This document shows, piece after piece, positions 23,316 through 38,094 of a stretch of 64,000 nucleotides of DNA. How positions within the stretch are numbered: position 1 is the stretch's first letter; each line of letters opens with the position of its first letter. The notes beneath the pieces are model-generated. The model saw nothing but the letters and a program-made list of their open reading frames with translations, did no database searches and was not told the origin of the DNA. This stretch comes from Podarcis erhardii (taxonomy: Eukaryota): assembly GCA_964252035.1 (NCBI GenBank), contig OZ176201.1; one strand, 5' to 3'. A program made the translations under genes and the position numbers.

Positions 23316-25095
23316 AGGTAACTTCACCATAAAATGTGAACTGAATGCATTTGTCCACCATGGCTGCTCCTCTGCCAAATTGCTTTCTCCATAAAAAGTC
23401 GCAGCTTGCTTGCCTGAAACTGTTTTCCTGCAGGATGGCAGTTAATACTTTCAGAATTTCTTCTGAAGTGTAACCGCTAATAGTGTTGCAGTGTCGAAAG
23501 CTCACACAATTATGGCTGGGTGTTTTTGTTTTTGTTTACTAAATCCATTCTCTTTTCGTTGTGTAAAAAATATGTGACAGTCCCAATAACCATTTGAGGT
23601 GTGAAACATATGGCTGATCTACACCCAGGTTTACAAAGAAACAAGTGGGAACATGAGATTTCCATGTTACAGTCTGGATTTACATTCATCTAACTCTACC
23701 GGTAAACTGTGAATGAAAATAGCAGATACTGAGAATTGGACAACTATTCACCACTGTTTGGAGAATCTCACTGATAGTTCTTCAATATTCCATTCAATAT
23801 TTCATGCCCATAATATAATGTGGGCCTTCTCATCTGTACATTTTTGTCACCAGCTATTATGTAAAGGGAGAGACCAGTGAAAGTCTTCTCTGTAATGAGT
23901 TTCCCTTCTTCTCCATCAAAAATTTGCATGGGACATTCACTTACCAATATAGATGTGTTGGTTTTAGCACTCTAGCACAGGAGTGGCTAACCAACCTTCT
24001 GTCACCCCATGGCTGCATACTTCATGCACACACAATCACACACATGTATGTAGTACACACACAGTCACACTCACCCCATATACATATGGAACACACATCG
24101 CACAGGCACATATGCAGAAACACATTCAGACAGCCACATGCTCACATGTTTCCTGCTCTTCTGCCAATCAGTGGGTGGGGGAGGGCTCCCCTTCCCCAGG
24201 GCCAGCACCTACTATTAGGTGAGTGAGCAACTGCTTCAGGCAGTAGATACTGAAAAATCGTAACAGAAGTGAGATGTTGGGAGGACAGAGCTCTGTGTGC
24301 TTCATCAGCACATCTTGCTCTCCGTAATCCAGCCTGCTGCCCTCAGGTGAAGTCATTCTGTTTGGTCATCAGCAGTGAAGTGAGGTTCAACTGCAGTTCC
24401 TGTACACAGAATGGATGTTTGTGTGTGTGATCTTTGCTTCAGGCAGCAAATTCTTTTTTGTACGTGGAGAGGAAGCAGTACTGCAACAGGATTGAAAAAC
24501 AGGATTTAGCAGCCCTTTTCTCTGTTTGGGATGCCACCATTAAAAGATCTTGGAACAGGCTAGCAGTATGCTTTTGGTCGATCAATATAAATTGTCTAAT
24601 ACATTTTATGGCACATTATGTTCCACAATTATGTGCAAAATCCAAGCATACGACTGAACTTCTTTAATTTATTTATTTGTTGTTTTTGCATGTGGCATCT
24701 TGAAATTTATTTTAGTACATAGTAATAATGAGCGGATTTCTCCTTAGAATGTAGAATTTGCAGTAATATCATTTCATAAAAAATAAATTAAAAAAATATA
24801 TTTTTAAAGGTCATAGCCCTTTATGAAGTTTCTGTGTACTGAAGTCTCAATGTTTTAATGACTGATTCATTGATTTACAAGTATAACGAAACAAAGAAAA
24901 CAACAATAACACCGAACTTCTTTTATTGTTCAGGAAATGTGCAGTTTCACTGATGATCCACAAAGTTACAAAGTCAAGTCACTTTGGTCCTCCCAAACTA
25001 ACCCTTTATGAATCCAGATCCTGACGGAATAGGCAACTCCTCCTCCCCCAACTTTTCTCAGCTTTGCTAGCTGCATAAACACTGTGAATCACATC

Positions 25096-25233
25096 GAGGG
25101 CTTTTTTCCAGGGGGAACTCACTGGAACTCAGTTTCAGCACCTCTCAGGTGGGTGCCATTACCATTCTAAGAGAAAGAGGGAGGCATTCATGGTGAATTC
25201 TGGTACTCCCCCCACCCTAGAAAAATAGCATTG
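25096..25233. mobile_element. hAT-type MITE
   Basis: Imperfect termini agggcttttttcca / gaaaaatagcattg, with internal ggaactc repeats. Confidence 0.45.
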
Positions 25234-26781
25234 CTCATATCCAAGTAACGAGGTGCATTCTGCATCTAGAAATTTGTTCTTTCTCAGAGCAAGGACAGGA
25301 AATGGCATTTAATATATACAATTGATCAAGTAAATGTTTGGTATTGAAAGTGGAACAAAACTGCTCCATTTCAGAGATGGGAGTGATACTGGATGACAGC
25401 GTAATAATCACATTTCTTTGTTGGATTTAAATATGGTGTTCTCATCAAATAATACTTGTCCCATTTGTGAGCTCTCATACAATGTGTGCCATTGGGATGA
25501 GAGGCGAGCTCAAGTTTTGTGTCATTTATCACAGAATCTGAATCCATCTACAGAATGTGCTGCTATCCATCTCTCATCCCAGATGCAGCAGTTCTACTCT
25601 GTTAATTACTTGCACCATTGATATGTCAGAAAGCCCATCCTTTAACCATAAGGTTATTCAAAAGCATTGAAGCAGATAAGCTGCAGACAAAAGGAAGAAC
25701 AGACAAAAAATTTCAGATATATTAAATGTAAAAAAATGCCCTTTAGATTTCAAGTACCCACCACCCCTTTGGTTATTGAGCTGATACATTTAGGTTGCTT
25801 GATACACCTAGTCACCTGAGTAAGTCCATTGAGCTTAATAGGGCCTACTTCTGAGTAGACATGTATAGGATTGCATGGATACATCTGGCTGGTGCAGTTT
25901 TATTTTTAACAGTGAATTTTAAAAACCTACTGAACAACAGGAAAATGGCATTCCAGTCACACCTTCATAGAAAATTCTCCCTTTCAGACCTGCTTCTGCT
26001 ATTAAAGCCAGGCTTATCCAAGTCTCTCTAGATAGGCCAGGACTGCTTGACAATGCTGAGGGCAGGTGGCAACCCTCACCCAACACACCTCTCCCACTAC
26101 TTACTCAGCCTCCCTCTCAGTTCCCCCGGTTCAGAATGAATTGTCATTTGAAACCCCTAAGAAAGGGAAACTCACAAAGGTCGCATCCATACCAATCACT
26201 CTTGCACCACTTTAACAACCATGGCTTCCTTCAAAGAACCTGAGTGCCCAGACTCCCACTCCGAACACAACAACAGAGGCTCCTACCCGCACATAAAACA
26301 GAGGTCATAGAATTGTAGAGTTGGAAGAGATCCCAGGGATCATCTTGTCCAATCCTCTGCAGTGCAGGAGATTTATTCAGGCAAGCAATGGTACAGGTTC
26401 AGAAGCAGGCATAGCAGTAGAAGTCAAGAGTCAGAAGTTCAAGAACTCAGCAGAAGCAATAAAGATGTCCCAACAAGTTCCCATGCTGCTCCTGCCAAGC
26501 TTTTAAAGATGAGGTATGGGAAGTTTACATGAAAGACTCTCTTGCCTTCCGAAATTGCTGAGTTTGTAAATCTGCACTCCTAGTGGGCATGTAAGTCTGT
26601 TTCTACAGTGGGTGGTCATTGCCCTCCTCAGTCTCCAATGAAGATTTCTGTAGCACTGGAAGGGTGGAAAGGGGAGAGCCTAAAGGCTCCATCCCTGATT
26701 CCCATGAGTCACCCACCTTCTACTTCCACCTTATCAGTCTGAGTCTGCTAATTCATGTCTGGTCCCAGTGGGGCAGTGTGG

Positions 26782-26786
<5 letters not shown>

Positions 26787-26824
<38 letters not shown>
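26787..26824. repeat. (tc)n microsatellite
   Basis: Directly visible. Confidence 0.95.
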
Positions 26825-26830
<6 letters not shown>

Positions 26831-26943
26831 TCTTTACAGTATTTGGAAGAGAAGCCAACATTTTGTTTGTTTGGAATGTCACTAAATCCTATGAAACACC
26901 TGAAAATATGGCATTTGCTATGTAATTAAAGCTATGGAATGCA

Positions 26944-26946
<3 letters not shown>

Positions 26947-26988
<42 letters not shown>
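26947..26988. repeat. (ta)n microsatellite
   Basis: Directly visible. Confidence 0.95.
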
Positions 26989-26990
<2 letters not shown>

Positions 26991-29900
26991 GTTTATAACC
27001 CAAATATATATAACCCAAGCTTTGGGGCATGTTTGGCTGGTTGTTCATTCTGTTGTTAGTGATTTTATATCAGTTACAATGGAACAATTTTAGCTGCTTT
27101 GACTACATATTTCATTGCTTTATTCGTGTGTTACCCAGAGCAGGTAATAAATACGCCAAATAAATAAATTCTCAGAGTCAATTATCTGACAAGGGGAGGT
27201 GTGTGATTTGGTCTGATGAGAAATAGAGAGTGGTTCTTGATCATTTCCCCAGCAACTGGAATTTAATAGCTTCTTGATCAGTTGGCATCACCCCAAGTTT
27301 GTTTTTGTTTTTTTACTCCCCTGCCCACTTGCCATTTCTTTCCCTCTTTTCTAGAGTCTTACTCTCTGTTCTTCTCTCCCTTTCTGTCTCCTCCTTCTAT
27401 GCCTTCCCCATTACCACTATCGCCTTCTTACTGCCAAAGCACAAATCTTTTTCTGAGGTCTTGCCTTCCCAGTCATTTGTGATAGACAGACTCGTGTGCA
27501 GAATGGCTCTCTGGTGCTTTGGGGAGTGTAAAGGAATAGTGGTTCCTTAAAAAGGCATCAGCAAAGCTTAATCAGAGCGAATGAGCCTCAGAGGAGCTGT
27601 CTTAAGACTGAATTTTTATTTCTTTTGTTCTAGCTAGACTTTGACAGGATTAACTCATGTTACCCGTAATAGAACAAGAGAGAGTAATAATACAATAGAG
27701 CCTGCTTCAACTAAGTTCAAGAAAGAAATATATGCATAAGAGCACAGCTTTCTGTGTTGAATCAAGTGATGGATTATTTCTGTGTTGAATCAAGTGATGG
27801 ATTATTAGTTTGAGAGAATCTTATCTCCTGGGGCCATACATGTTACACAACCACATTCCTTGATGTGCAGTCAATTTTATTGCTATCATAGTCCACAAGG
27901 CTATATTATGACCAGCAAAATGTGGTTATTAAATGTATATCCCAGATCTATCGTAAGCAGAAAGCAGATGCAAATTGCAAAACCACCAGAGCCTTCCCTT
28001 TTCAGCAAGTGGAGAATTTCATCTGAGTCTGTAGTACCTGTATTACACGTGAAATTTTTATGTTATCTATAAATCATCTTCAGATGTTTTATGGAGCAGT
28101 TGATAAACGGTAGCAGACAACATGGTGCGGCAGTCATGTTGCAGTCATGTCAATGCTGCTAACTGAGAGGTAGAGAGGGAGGAGCCAGGTGGCAATGAGG
28201 TCAGGGCTGTGCAAACACATCAGCAGACTTCCTCCAGTGTGTTTGCTCCATGCCAGCTCACCACTGTCATGGATGCGGCCTATGAGGGAGTGCAGCCCTC
28301 AGACTGAAAAATAACTGCTAGCCCTCATGGAAGAAGGGTACGTAGAGTCACAGCAAAAGCTCATTCAAATGAGTAGACTGTCTAGAATTTATGGCAGTTT
28401 GCCTTCTGACATTTCATTGTGAGTTGCATCTTCATCATCTCAGAGAAAGCATTCTTGATTATGCCATACCTGTTTGATTTCTATAAAAATAACTAAGCAG
28501 CAGCTGTCTGTTCCATAGCTATGCAGAGAAAATGCAAGTTTGTCAAACAGATTGGCCTTCCTGTCTATACGCTGACAAAAAATCACAGCCGTATGTTTTT
28601 AGCAGCTGTCTGACTAGGACAGCCAAAATGTTGCCAGGCCATGGCCAATTACTATTTCCCTCCCATAGCTTCACCTCTCTAATTATCTCAGAGAGCAATA
28701 GTTAAAGCAGACAGTAAAAATTAATTAATTTCCTTCATGCCAATTTAGCACTTGCTTCTATGGGACAGGAGGAAAGTGTTGGTTGTGTTGGTCTGTGTCT
28801 TCATTTTGCTTTTGCTTTTTTCCGATGTCCTGTCCTGTCTGTGAGACTGGTTATAGAATTTAGCTACATTAATGAAACGATTTAATGTGAAACTTGAGAG
28901 TAATAGTTGTGTTGAAATGATTTTAATCAGTGCGGCTGGAAGCCCAAAGGAATGCAATGGCACAACTCCCATTGAGGTTGATGGGACTAGCATCTGTGGA
29001 CCATAATGAAGACTGGAACCAGAATTAGCTTTTATTGTACCGCTAATGGCTCTCTGAATAAGAATATAATGAATCACACTCATAAAGTTTGTGCTGTGAT
29101 CTAGAGCCATGGTTCCTCATCTTTTCTTCTCCCCATTGACCATGTGAAAATTGCTGAGCATCTTTGTGGAAGACTAAATGATTTTTCTGTCATAGAAATT
29201 TTCATGTGCTGTGCTAATTGCTGCGTGAGTTTTCAAATTGCATTTCATCACTTCTTTTATTTCTTAAATATTGTATTTTATTGCATTACAATTTGAATTC
29301 CACATAATTAAATATTAAATTATATCCCTGTGCTTTGGGGATTAATGGCAGAACATAAAAAGTGGATTTTGCAAAGCCATTATGGTCACTAAGAGACTTA
29401 AATACCCACTGTCTATCATACAATGGTCTGAGGACCTCACTGCCCTGGCTATATTAGAACATATTTCATATGGACATCAATTTTGTGCAGATTCTGACTT
29501 GGACATCTGGGGAGCTTAAATTATTTTACATATTTAACTTAATATGAATGTAGTGGCGGTTATTGTATTCTTAATGATGGTGATGATTACACACACACAC
29601 ACACACACACATGAGTGTTGTTTTTTATGGGGGGGAAGCAGGGGTTCATTTTGTGAATCTTTGTACTTTTGTCCATGTATTTATTTTCCCCAATCTGAAC
29701 TATAAAATGGTGATTTTCTTGAGTCAAAATGAGAGTACCCCTAAACATTTTAAAGAAAAAATGCACTGTCTATATATAATTCTTTTAAAAGTAAATTAAT
29801 TTTTAATTTACTTTTTTTGTTAAATTTGCAAATAAAAAATTAATAAAAAAGAATGGGAAGAGTTATAACTCATGGAGAGCAGGAAACAAACAAACACAAA

Positions 29901-32799
29901 CACAGTGATTTTTCCTGACATGTGTTGCTACATTTGGATAAGCCCTCAATATAAACATGTCAAACAAAGGGGGGAAACATACTGCTGGGAAAATGCAAAA
30001 CCTCAGCTTCATTCAACTTTGAAAGGACCTGCCAAGACACATAAAATATTGGTTGGAGCAAGGCAATGGCCCTATGGACATGTCTTAACAGAAGCCAGCC
30101 CTCTTTAGGAAGGAGCACTTATTACCTGGGTTGTTTTTAAGTGAACAAAATAACCTTGCTGAGTTGGGACCTCATTGTTCCATTTTATAGCTTCTACAGA
30201 GGTCATAAGTAACACTTCCACATAGACAGAATCCCATACTTCCACTTCCTAGTGGTTTGGAGCCACAGCAATAGTTTCACAACAGCAGCACTTACTGCAA
30301 GGAGGGTGGATGAGATGGCGGTGAGATTGGAGCTGCACTTGTGGGTCTACCTGCTGGTGCCCTTGGCAGCCTCAGCTGTACGGGCGAGCTTCTCCTGACC
30401 ACTTTTGATGTAATGCAGTATGCTGTGGACTTTTAGAGGAAGCATTTCTCAAGAGGGTGATTTTTAGCACCACGTAGTACTGCCTCTTCTCGCACACTTC
30501 ATTCAAATCTGTTTGATTTCATGGGTCATTGCTTGCTGCTTCTGGCTCAGTTAGAATCCTAAGTGTTTCCTGGTGAGGCACTGTGAGGAGAGGGAAAGGA
30601 TTTCTCATTGTTTCATGAAACAATTACCCACTGGAGTATGAATTAATGGTCGGGCTAAGCATGGGCTGTGGACACCCTAGGGACGAACAGTAGACCAATG
30701 ATTCATATATCAGCTACTTAAAGCCACAGAAAAGTGTGCCAAGGGCTCTGAATTATTTAGGCCAGCTAACGCTATGCAACATTCTGGCCAAGGGGAGTAT
30801 TTGTCCAGCACTGTTGCACATTTCTGGGATCTGGAAGAATTATTAAATTTAAACTGAGGGGGTGCAATGTTTATTAGGATTATTAAACTCATCCCTAAGT
30901 AGGTAGCCTATGTGCTTTAGGGAGGAAAGATTCCATTCATATTTTTACACTCCCTTTGTCCTCCGCACAACTACTGTAGGAAGTAGAGGTGAATGGCCAT
31001 TTTGAGATAGCGCGAAACTTGGGTTTTGTTTCACTTAACCAATAACTCTGTAGGGGGTTCATGAAGGAATTTTCCTGTCAGAGATTTTGATGGAGGAAGG
31101 TTTATTGGCAAAATGTAATAGCAAAAGCACTGTGCCAGGTTAAGTCCCTACTACTTTACCTGTACAGCCCAAATTCTTGTAATTTGCTTGCTAAACCAGT
31201 GACTGTTTTATTAGTGGTAAATATGAAATTAAGGTGGAATCATGTAAGGTGATATGGGAAGGCCACTGAAAACAGCATTCCTTTGCTGAATTCTCCCTCT
31301 CTCCCCTCACAGATTAAGGCCACACACTAAGTGACATCAACATATTGTGAATTTCCTTGTCTCCTCCCCATTTTATTGGCTGCTGCTGGTGGAGGTGGAA
31401 AAATACATAATGCTATTATATGTGCAAGTATCCCTACCTATTACAAGGAAGAGATGAAGCACTCGACACAGGGATGCCACTATTGGTAGCACTCCACCTG
31501 TCACCTGTAATATGTTAGAATTTCCCTTTTAACTTTTTAAATTCTTTACTTATTGAGCAGTTCAAGTGTTTGACACACGTCACACATAAGGCTCTGCCAA
31601 ATGTTATCTCATTTTCCACTTTTAGTTTGAAAAGCATGATTTTCTGGGTTGCAAATTTCCCAAACCTGTAAATTAGGGGTGTGCCCCCCTCAGCTAAAGT
31701 GTCAGGGATTATGGGAGATGCAGTCCAGTAAATCTGGAGGATGTTAAATTCTCCAACCTTGGTATAAGCTTTCCCATGAATCCCCATCGCTTCCCATTTC
31801 TGAAAATGGGGTCCTGTTTGCTGCTATTGTTTTCCCAGTCTATATGCTACCTTGGCTGCTCTTCTTATTCTTCTGAAGCCAGGCAGCCTATTTGATTTTA
31901 TGATCTCACAACATCATTGAAGGTCAATTTGCTGGGATCAGCACTTCCTGAATACATGGATACTTTTGACCCCTTTCAAAAACATTACCTTTAAATTTCA
32001 TTTATTTATTTTACTACATTTATATCCCACTCATACTCAAAGGAGCTCAAGAAAGCATAATATATGACTCTCCTCTCTCCTTCATTTGTCTCCACAACAA
32101 CTCTGTGAGGGAGGCTAAGATGGGAGAGATAGAGAGCGACTTGCCCAAGGCTGAGGCGGATTTGAACTCAGGTCTCTCAATTATCACACTTTTCAAAACC
32201 AATGAAAATACCCAGGAATATTATCCTTCTTTCAGCTCAACAGTATATTTATGTCCTGCTCTGACAACCATGTGGGGGTGTCTTCTATAAATAAAGAAAA
32301 TACAATATTAATGGAAGCAAATTCTGAACAAAACTAAGCAGAGGAAAGGAGCCTGCTTCATTTTGTCTACCCCTTTCATAAGGGTTTTTATGTTGTACAA
32401 TTATGCCATAATATATACCCTTAATAACAACACCAAGGAAGAGCAGCAATGCCTCTTTTTTATATAGTACGCTTATGCCACTGACATTTTAGGAGCTTCA
32501 TGAGTAGACAACTAAGCAAGCACATTTGTAAAAGACCAATTTAATCTCGTAAGATTAAAACTGGAGAGACGATTAAAACTAATTCAGGACACAAATAAAA
32601 TCAGTGCTGTGCTACTAATAGGTTCTTGGAATTAAGATATAAAATCATCTTCAGACGCACCAAACGGCACACACAAAATGCGTGAATGGCACAAAGGGAC
32701 CAGATCAACCTATTTCTTATGCACTCACCATCTGATGGCTTGGAAATCCTTTTGTGTTGTTTGGAAGTTGTGACTTGTGACATTAAGATCTGAGGAGAA

Positions 32800-32975
32800 G
32801 ACAGTTTCAAAAGTGGAATGGTCTCCCTCGGGAAGTTGTGGACTCTCCTTCATTGGAGGTTTTTAAGCAGAGGTTGGATGGCTATGTGTCATGGATGCTG
32901 TAGCTAAGATTCCAGCATTGCAGGGGGTTGGACTAGATGGCCCTCGCAGTCCCTTCCAACTCTATGATTCTATGG
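32800..32975 (+). mobile_element. CR1 LINE 3' end
   Basis: WNGLPREVVDSPSLEVFKQRLD followed by ggttggactagatggcc...cccttccaactctatgattctatg. Confidence 0.85.
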
Positions 32976-32994
32976 TTCCTGCTGAGTGCTGATG

Positions 32995-33065
32995 ACCATG
33001 GCTCAGTGGAAGAGCACATGCTTTGCTTGCAAAAGGTTCATTTCAATTCCCAGCCTCCCCAGCCA
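32995..33065 (+). mobile_element. tRNA-derived SINE head
   Basis: gctcagtggaagagcacatgctttgc...tcaattcccagc, with A/B-box-like motifs. Confidence 0.45.
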
Positions 33066-33524
33066 GTATAGACCATGAGTGAGGAATCTTCTTACACATA
33101 TATATTGAGGACCGCATTTCCTTCTGGGGGCTGCAGGCAGGGCCAGCCCACCCATGAGACAGGGTGAGGTGACCACCTCAGGCTGCAGGATCCATGGGGC
33201 AACAGATCCATCTTCCAAGGTAGCCACAACGGCTACGATGCGCTCCTATGAGGTCAGACCTCCTATTTCCCCAGGAGCCCCACCACTGCCTCCACAGCAC
33301 CCTTTTGATGAATAGGAGGCACTGCTGGTCTCCTCCCTCTAGGGAGGAAATGGGCTAGGCTGCCCTCTGGGGTCTCCTGGGGTCTGTACCCACCTGGTAT
33401 GATTCAGAGCATGCCACATTCCCCCTTGTGATGGCCTTGGATTCCTACTTCAACCATGGTGTCAGGAGTCTAGTGCCCAGCTTGATCACACAGTAAGTGT
33501 AGTTAATTAAAAAGGATGATTTGT

Positions 33525-33917
33525 TGTCAAAACAACAGATAGCTCCAGCCAGCTCTAACACAGCCTCCCAGCATCATCAATCACGATGACCGTTATGAAG
33601 ACCCCTTCCGGATACAGAAGATACAGAAGATTTGTACCTTTTGCTTTGTTTCCGGTCTAACAGCCCTTCCCTCAGCTCCAATCTCTTCCCCTTCTGACAA
33701 AGTGCTTCCTTCTTTGTTCGTGCCAGTTTGCACTTCTCGAGAGCGTTGGCTGGGTTCCGGCCCACTCTCAGCCATTCCCTTATCAACTGGCATTCCAAGG
33801 GGCGAGGCAGTTGGTACTAGCTGATGCTCATCCTGCCTGACAGTAAACCCACTCTGTTCCTGGCTGCTTTCTTCAGCTGGTTGCAAACCTTCACTGGGAG
33901 CTGGCTCATTCATGACA
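33525..33917 (-). mobile_element. Possible solo LTR or LTR-like element
   Basis: Termini tgtca...tgaca and a purine-rich low-complexity ORF-like interior on the minus strand. No matching TSD. Confidence 0.3.
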
Positions 33918-36900
33918 CATGGGCTACGGTTGATTTGATTCCCCCCTTGTTTCCAATGTTTCCAATGCTTCTTCCCTGCTGGTTTGCCTCAGGTGCCGAA
34001 ATGTCTGGCGCCAGCCCCGACTGCATGCCAGAAATGGGAAGGACTCAGAGGCAAAAGTGCCAAAGCAACTGATGTGGGTGCTATCTTTGCACCGTAGATT
34101 ACATTACGGCAACACAAAGTCAGAGTTTCTTTTACCACCACCTTCCTGACACCTCACTATCAGGAAGCCAGGTGCTCCCACTTCACTGACCGCTACTGGT
34201 AAGAAAACAGTAGGCCAAGGGACAGTTTTGTCTTGTCACATCTGGAGTTGCGGAAACACAGGGCTGACTGTGCTGTACACCCCCCAAAAAAAAACCTAAT
34301 GAGGGAATGAGTTCTGTTGGTGTGTTGGCACTGTGAACCCTTCCATCTGGTGCTCAGCCCAAATATGTGTCCAAATAAAAGCTCATATCAAAAAGACACC
34401 ATGGTCTCCAGTTACTTTTACTCCAAGAAGACTGAAACCAAGGTGAATGCTGGCATAGCACTCTGAAGTCTCTCAGCCACTCAGAGATTGGGGTGCATGT
34501 AACAATCCTATTCATCAACATTAAAATAAAGTGCACTTTCCTAATGAGTTTAATGAGTTGTGGATTTGTGTGTGCGTGCACACACAGCACTGAAAAAAGC
34601 AGTGATAGCTTTTGAAAAGAAAAGAATCACCCAGAATTAAAAAGAAGGGGTTGGGGTTCTCATTGTCTCTTTGATTTTCAAAAAAGATCTGGCACTTTCT
34701 TGCTTATGGAAGAACAAAGGGAAAGAAATGATTTCTCTCACACATTATCTTATTATAATCCTTCTCTTTATAATTATGTTTCCATGGATGAAATTAGTAG
34801 TTGTGCTGACTGCCTCTTAGATAATGGGGTCAGGAGGCTTAGATGTATTTAAAAGTTGCTCCCAAAAGTTGCTGAAGGTGACAAAGAAACTTTAGTCTGA
34901 GTCTTCAAAGAAGAACCCTTACAAGATTTTTTAAATATATATATGCAGTTATTTAATTACTAAAAAGCCTGGTTTAACCATGCAATATTCTGTGGCAACT
35001 GGGACCCACAACAATCTGGGAAAGCTATCATCCTTGTGGCTCTTGAAGACCAAAAAAACAATAACCATGCAATATATTGATTGCATAATTTGAAACCTAA
35101 GCTTTTGGTACCCTGATTTGACCCTTTTCCAGAGATACCATTTCCTGTTGCTCTACCTTCAAGTTCTGTTACCTTGTTCCAGCTTGAGCCACACACAAGT
35201 GGAAGCAGGATCCTATGCATATGATTGCTGTGTGTGTCTGTTCCCCTGGCTCCTTTGGGAAGAAGGTGTATAAATCAAAACAGTAATGGCAACATTCTCC
35301 TTGTTGGATGAAGAACAGCAAGTGCATGTATGGATTTTCACCCAATTTGGAACATGCATAACCTCACTTATCAGCTGTTCAGCTGGTGGTGCAGAGGGCT
35401 CACACATACCCAACTGCTTCATGCTATTATCATGAAATGTTCCTTGCTTTCTGAACAAAACTATGCAACTCCTAGACTGCAGGGAATTCTGCTTTCAGGT
35501 TTTGAACCTAGAGGGTGAATTTCATCCCCTGGGAAACTGATGTGGGATTGCAGTGGCATAGAAACATTTCTAGAATGCAACCAGTGACCACTGCTTTCTG
35601 GCAAATACTGACTGGAAATACTTTCTCTGATAGGAAGTATTTCTGCGGTCCCTCCTTGCCATGGAGGGTTGGAACATGGGAGGAATTTTTGTTGTTGTTG
35701 TTAAAAACACAACAACAACACTTCTCCTAATGGCGTTACTTCTGAGAAGTAGAAAAAGGTTCCAGTAATTGACATTTAAGATACAGGATGGAGTGATTGT
35801 TCTGGAGTAAATTATGAGACATTCTAGATTACAAATCTACTTCAGAAGGTCTCCTGAGACAGACAGATGCCAACCTGAAACAAAGTTTGGTGGAATGGGA
35901 CATCCAATGATGTCCATCTAGGTATACAACAGAAATCCATTTCTTCAACAGGACTTCTGGTTACTCTACTCCTTCCTATTGCTCCCGCAATATCTGCCCT
36001 ACAGATTTTGGATGTGTTGGGGCTAGAGTATGTCTGTATGTCTGCTTGCTCTACATTAGATCTTTCCAAGTGTTAGATTTATTTCCCCATTATCTAATTA
36101 TCCTATCCTATCTGCCTATTTATCACACTTTCATCCCTCCAAGGATCCCAGGATGTTAATCATGGGGTTGTCTCCTTTTATCCCCCTTGAGAATGCTCTT
36201 TGAGCCCCATCTCTGCATTAGAAGTCCATTGTGAATATAAGGAGGTGGCTCTTTGAAGCCACCAAATATTTCCTTTCTTCTTTTCTTTTGTCAATTCATC
36301 CCCTGCTGCCTCCAGGCCCACAGCATATTCTTTGTCTTATCCAATTCAGTTAGCCTTAATAAGATGGGTACCACATATTTATTTGATGTCAATTGATTGT
36401 AGATGGAGCATTCAGTGGCGGTTTAATTAGCATGTAAGTGATAAGCCCAATTACCTTGTAATGATTCAGAAATTACATCAGCTACACACTAGTGATTGTG
36501 TTCTTATAGAAAACGCACACAACATGTAGGGGGAATGTTGCTATTTATTGAACAGCTTTTTCTTTTTCTTTTTTAAAAAATGCTTATGTGGGGGTTTAAT
36601 CAGATTTCAGTTAGATGGTGAAATAAAAAACTTAGATTAGCATTTATTAACCATGCTAATTGGCACCAGCTTCTGCATCTTGCAGACTGCTTTCAGAAGC
36701 GCATTTTCACAGTGATGAGAAATATGATCGGAGGACATGAGCAAATCCAAGAGTCCTGGAAGTTCCTTCATCCTATATTTGATGTGCTTAATATAATCTT
36801 GACTATGCAGAGATGTCTTAAATGAGTTGTAACTGATACCTATCCAATTTTCACCACTTCTTGCATGCATTTGAAGCCTAATGACTTTTGAAATCTACTC

Positions 36901-37449
36901 TTGTCGCTTAATTAACGGATAAGTTGCATTATTGATTCTGAGATGGATTCATTGTCTAGCAATTTAAAATAATATTTTAACCATTTGCCCAAGTTCTCAG
37001 GATATTAATGTCTGTAGGCTCTTACTGGTGAAATGACAAAGGTGGTGAGAAGTATTTTTTTCAGGAATGACAGTTGTCAGTTATGCTGGGTTGGACCCAG
37101 GATTGTACATGAAAAAGGCTTGTGCTATCCCTCCTTCCTATTTCAGCCCCCAAAAGCTGTTCTTGAGGGCTGGGAGGCCATATGAAACCATGGTGGATGC
37201 CAGACCCCTGATTTTATCCACAGTTGCCATCTGAGACCCATTTCACACTGTTCTGGTGTGTGAGAAGTGATGAGGGTAGAGTCTCCTGACCCTTGGGAAC
37301 TTGGGAACGGGAATCTCACTCTTCAAAATTAAGGAACAAAATGGAATTTTTTAAAAAAATACATGTGGACAAGCTCGATAGCAAGATTTGCTGAAAATTC
37401 CATCTCTATTAGTGGACAGTTTGCCCATGCTGGAACATGGCTATTGGTC

Positions 37450-37640
37450 TTCTTTGGGCTATACTTGCAGTCTGGGGGTGTTGCTAGATCTGGCCCTGTC
37501 TTTGGAGGCTCAAGTGGCCATGAGCATCTCCTACAGTCTCTCTCCTGGACTGGCATGGGTTGTCCACAGTTACTTATATTCTGGTAAGATCTTGTTTGGA
37601 TTACAATTATATGTTGCACATCAGGTTGCCCATGGTCTGT
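37450..37640 (+). mobile_element. L2 LINE ORF2 fragment, decayed
   Basis: SLGVLLDLALSLEAQV matches the L2 motif SLGVLLDPxLSLEAQV. Confidence 0.55.
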
Positions 37641-37736
37641 CAGTTATAAGTATACCATAAGATTACAGAGCCATTTTTATTATTATTTAATAATAATATT
37701 AAATATTGGATTTGCCTCCCTGTCAGAACTGAATAA

Positions 37737-38094
37737 GGGACACGGGTGGCGCTGTGGGTTAAACCACAGAGCCTAGGGCTTGCCGATCAGAAGGTCAGTG
37801 GTTTGAATCCCCACAACAGGGTGAGCTCCCGTTGCTCGGTCCCTGCTCCTGCCCACCTAGCAGTTCGAAAGCACGTCAAAGTGCAAGTAGATAAATAGGT
37901 ACCACTCCGGCAGGAAGGTAAACGGTGTTTCCGTGCGCTGCTCTGGTTCACCAGAAGCAGCTTAGCCATGCTGGCCACATGACCCGGAAGCTGTATGCCA
38001 ACTCCCTTGGCCAATAAAGCAAGATGAGTGCTGCAACCCCAGAGTCATCTGCGAGTGGACCTAATGGTCAGGGGTCCCTTTACTTTTACCTTTA
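37737..38094 (+). mobile_element. Sauria SINE (Squam1), full length
   Basis: gggacacgggtggcgctgtgg head and (acttt)n-type tail; TSD cagaactgaat at 37724-37734 and 38095-38105. Confidence 0.95.

Noticed and set aside
27749-27805. 28-bp tandem duplication (similar small ones at ~4406-4435, 13577-13612, 57209-57258)
   Set aside because: Ordinary two-copy slippage duplications with no spacers or array structure; not CRISPR-like.
30295-30500. GC-richer stretch with exon-like splice signals on the minus strand
   Set aside because: No frame gives a recognisable protein, and the boundaries are ambiguous.
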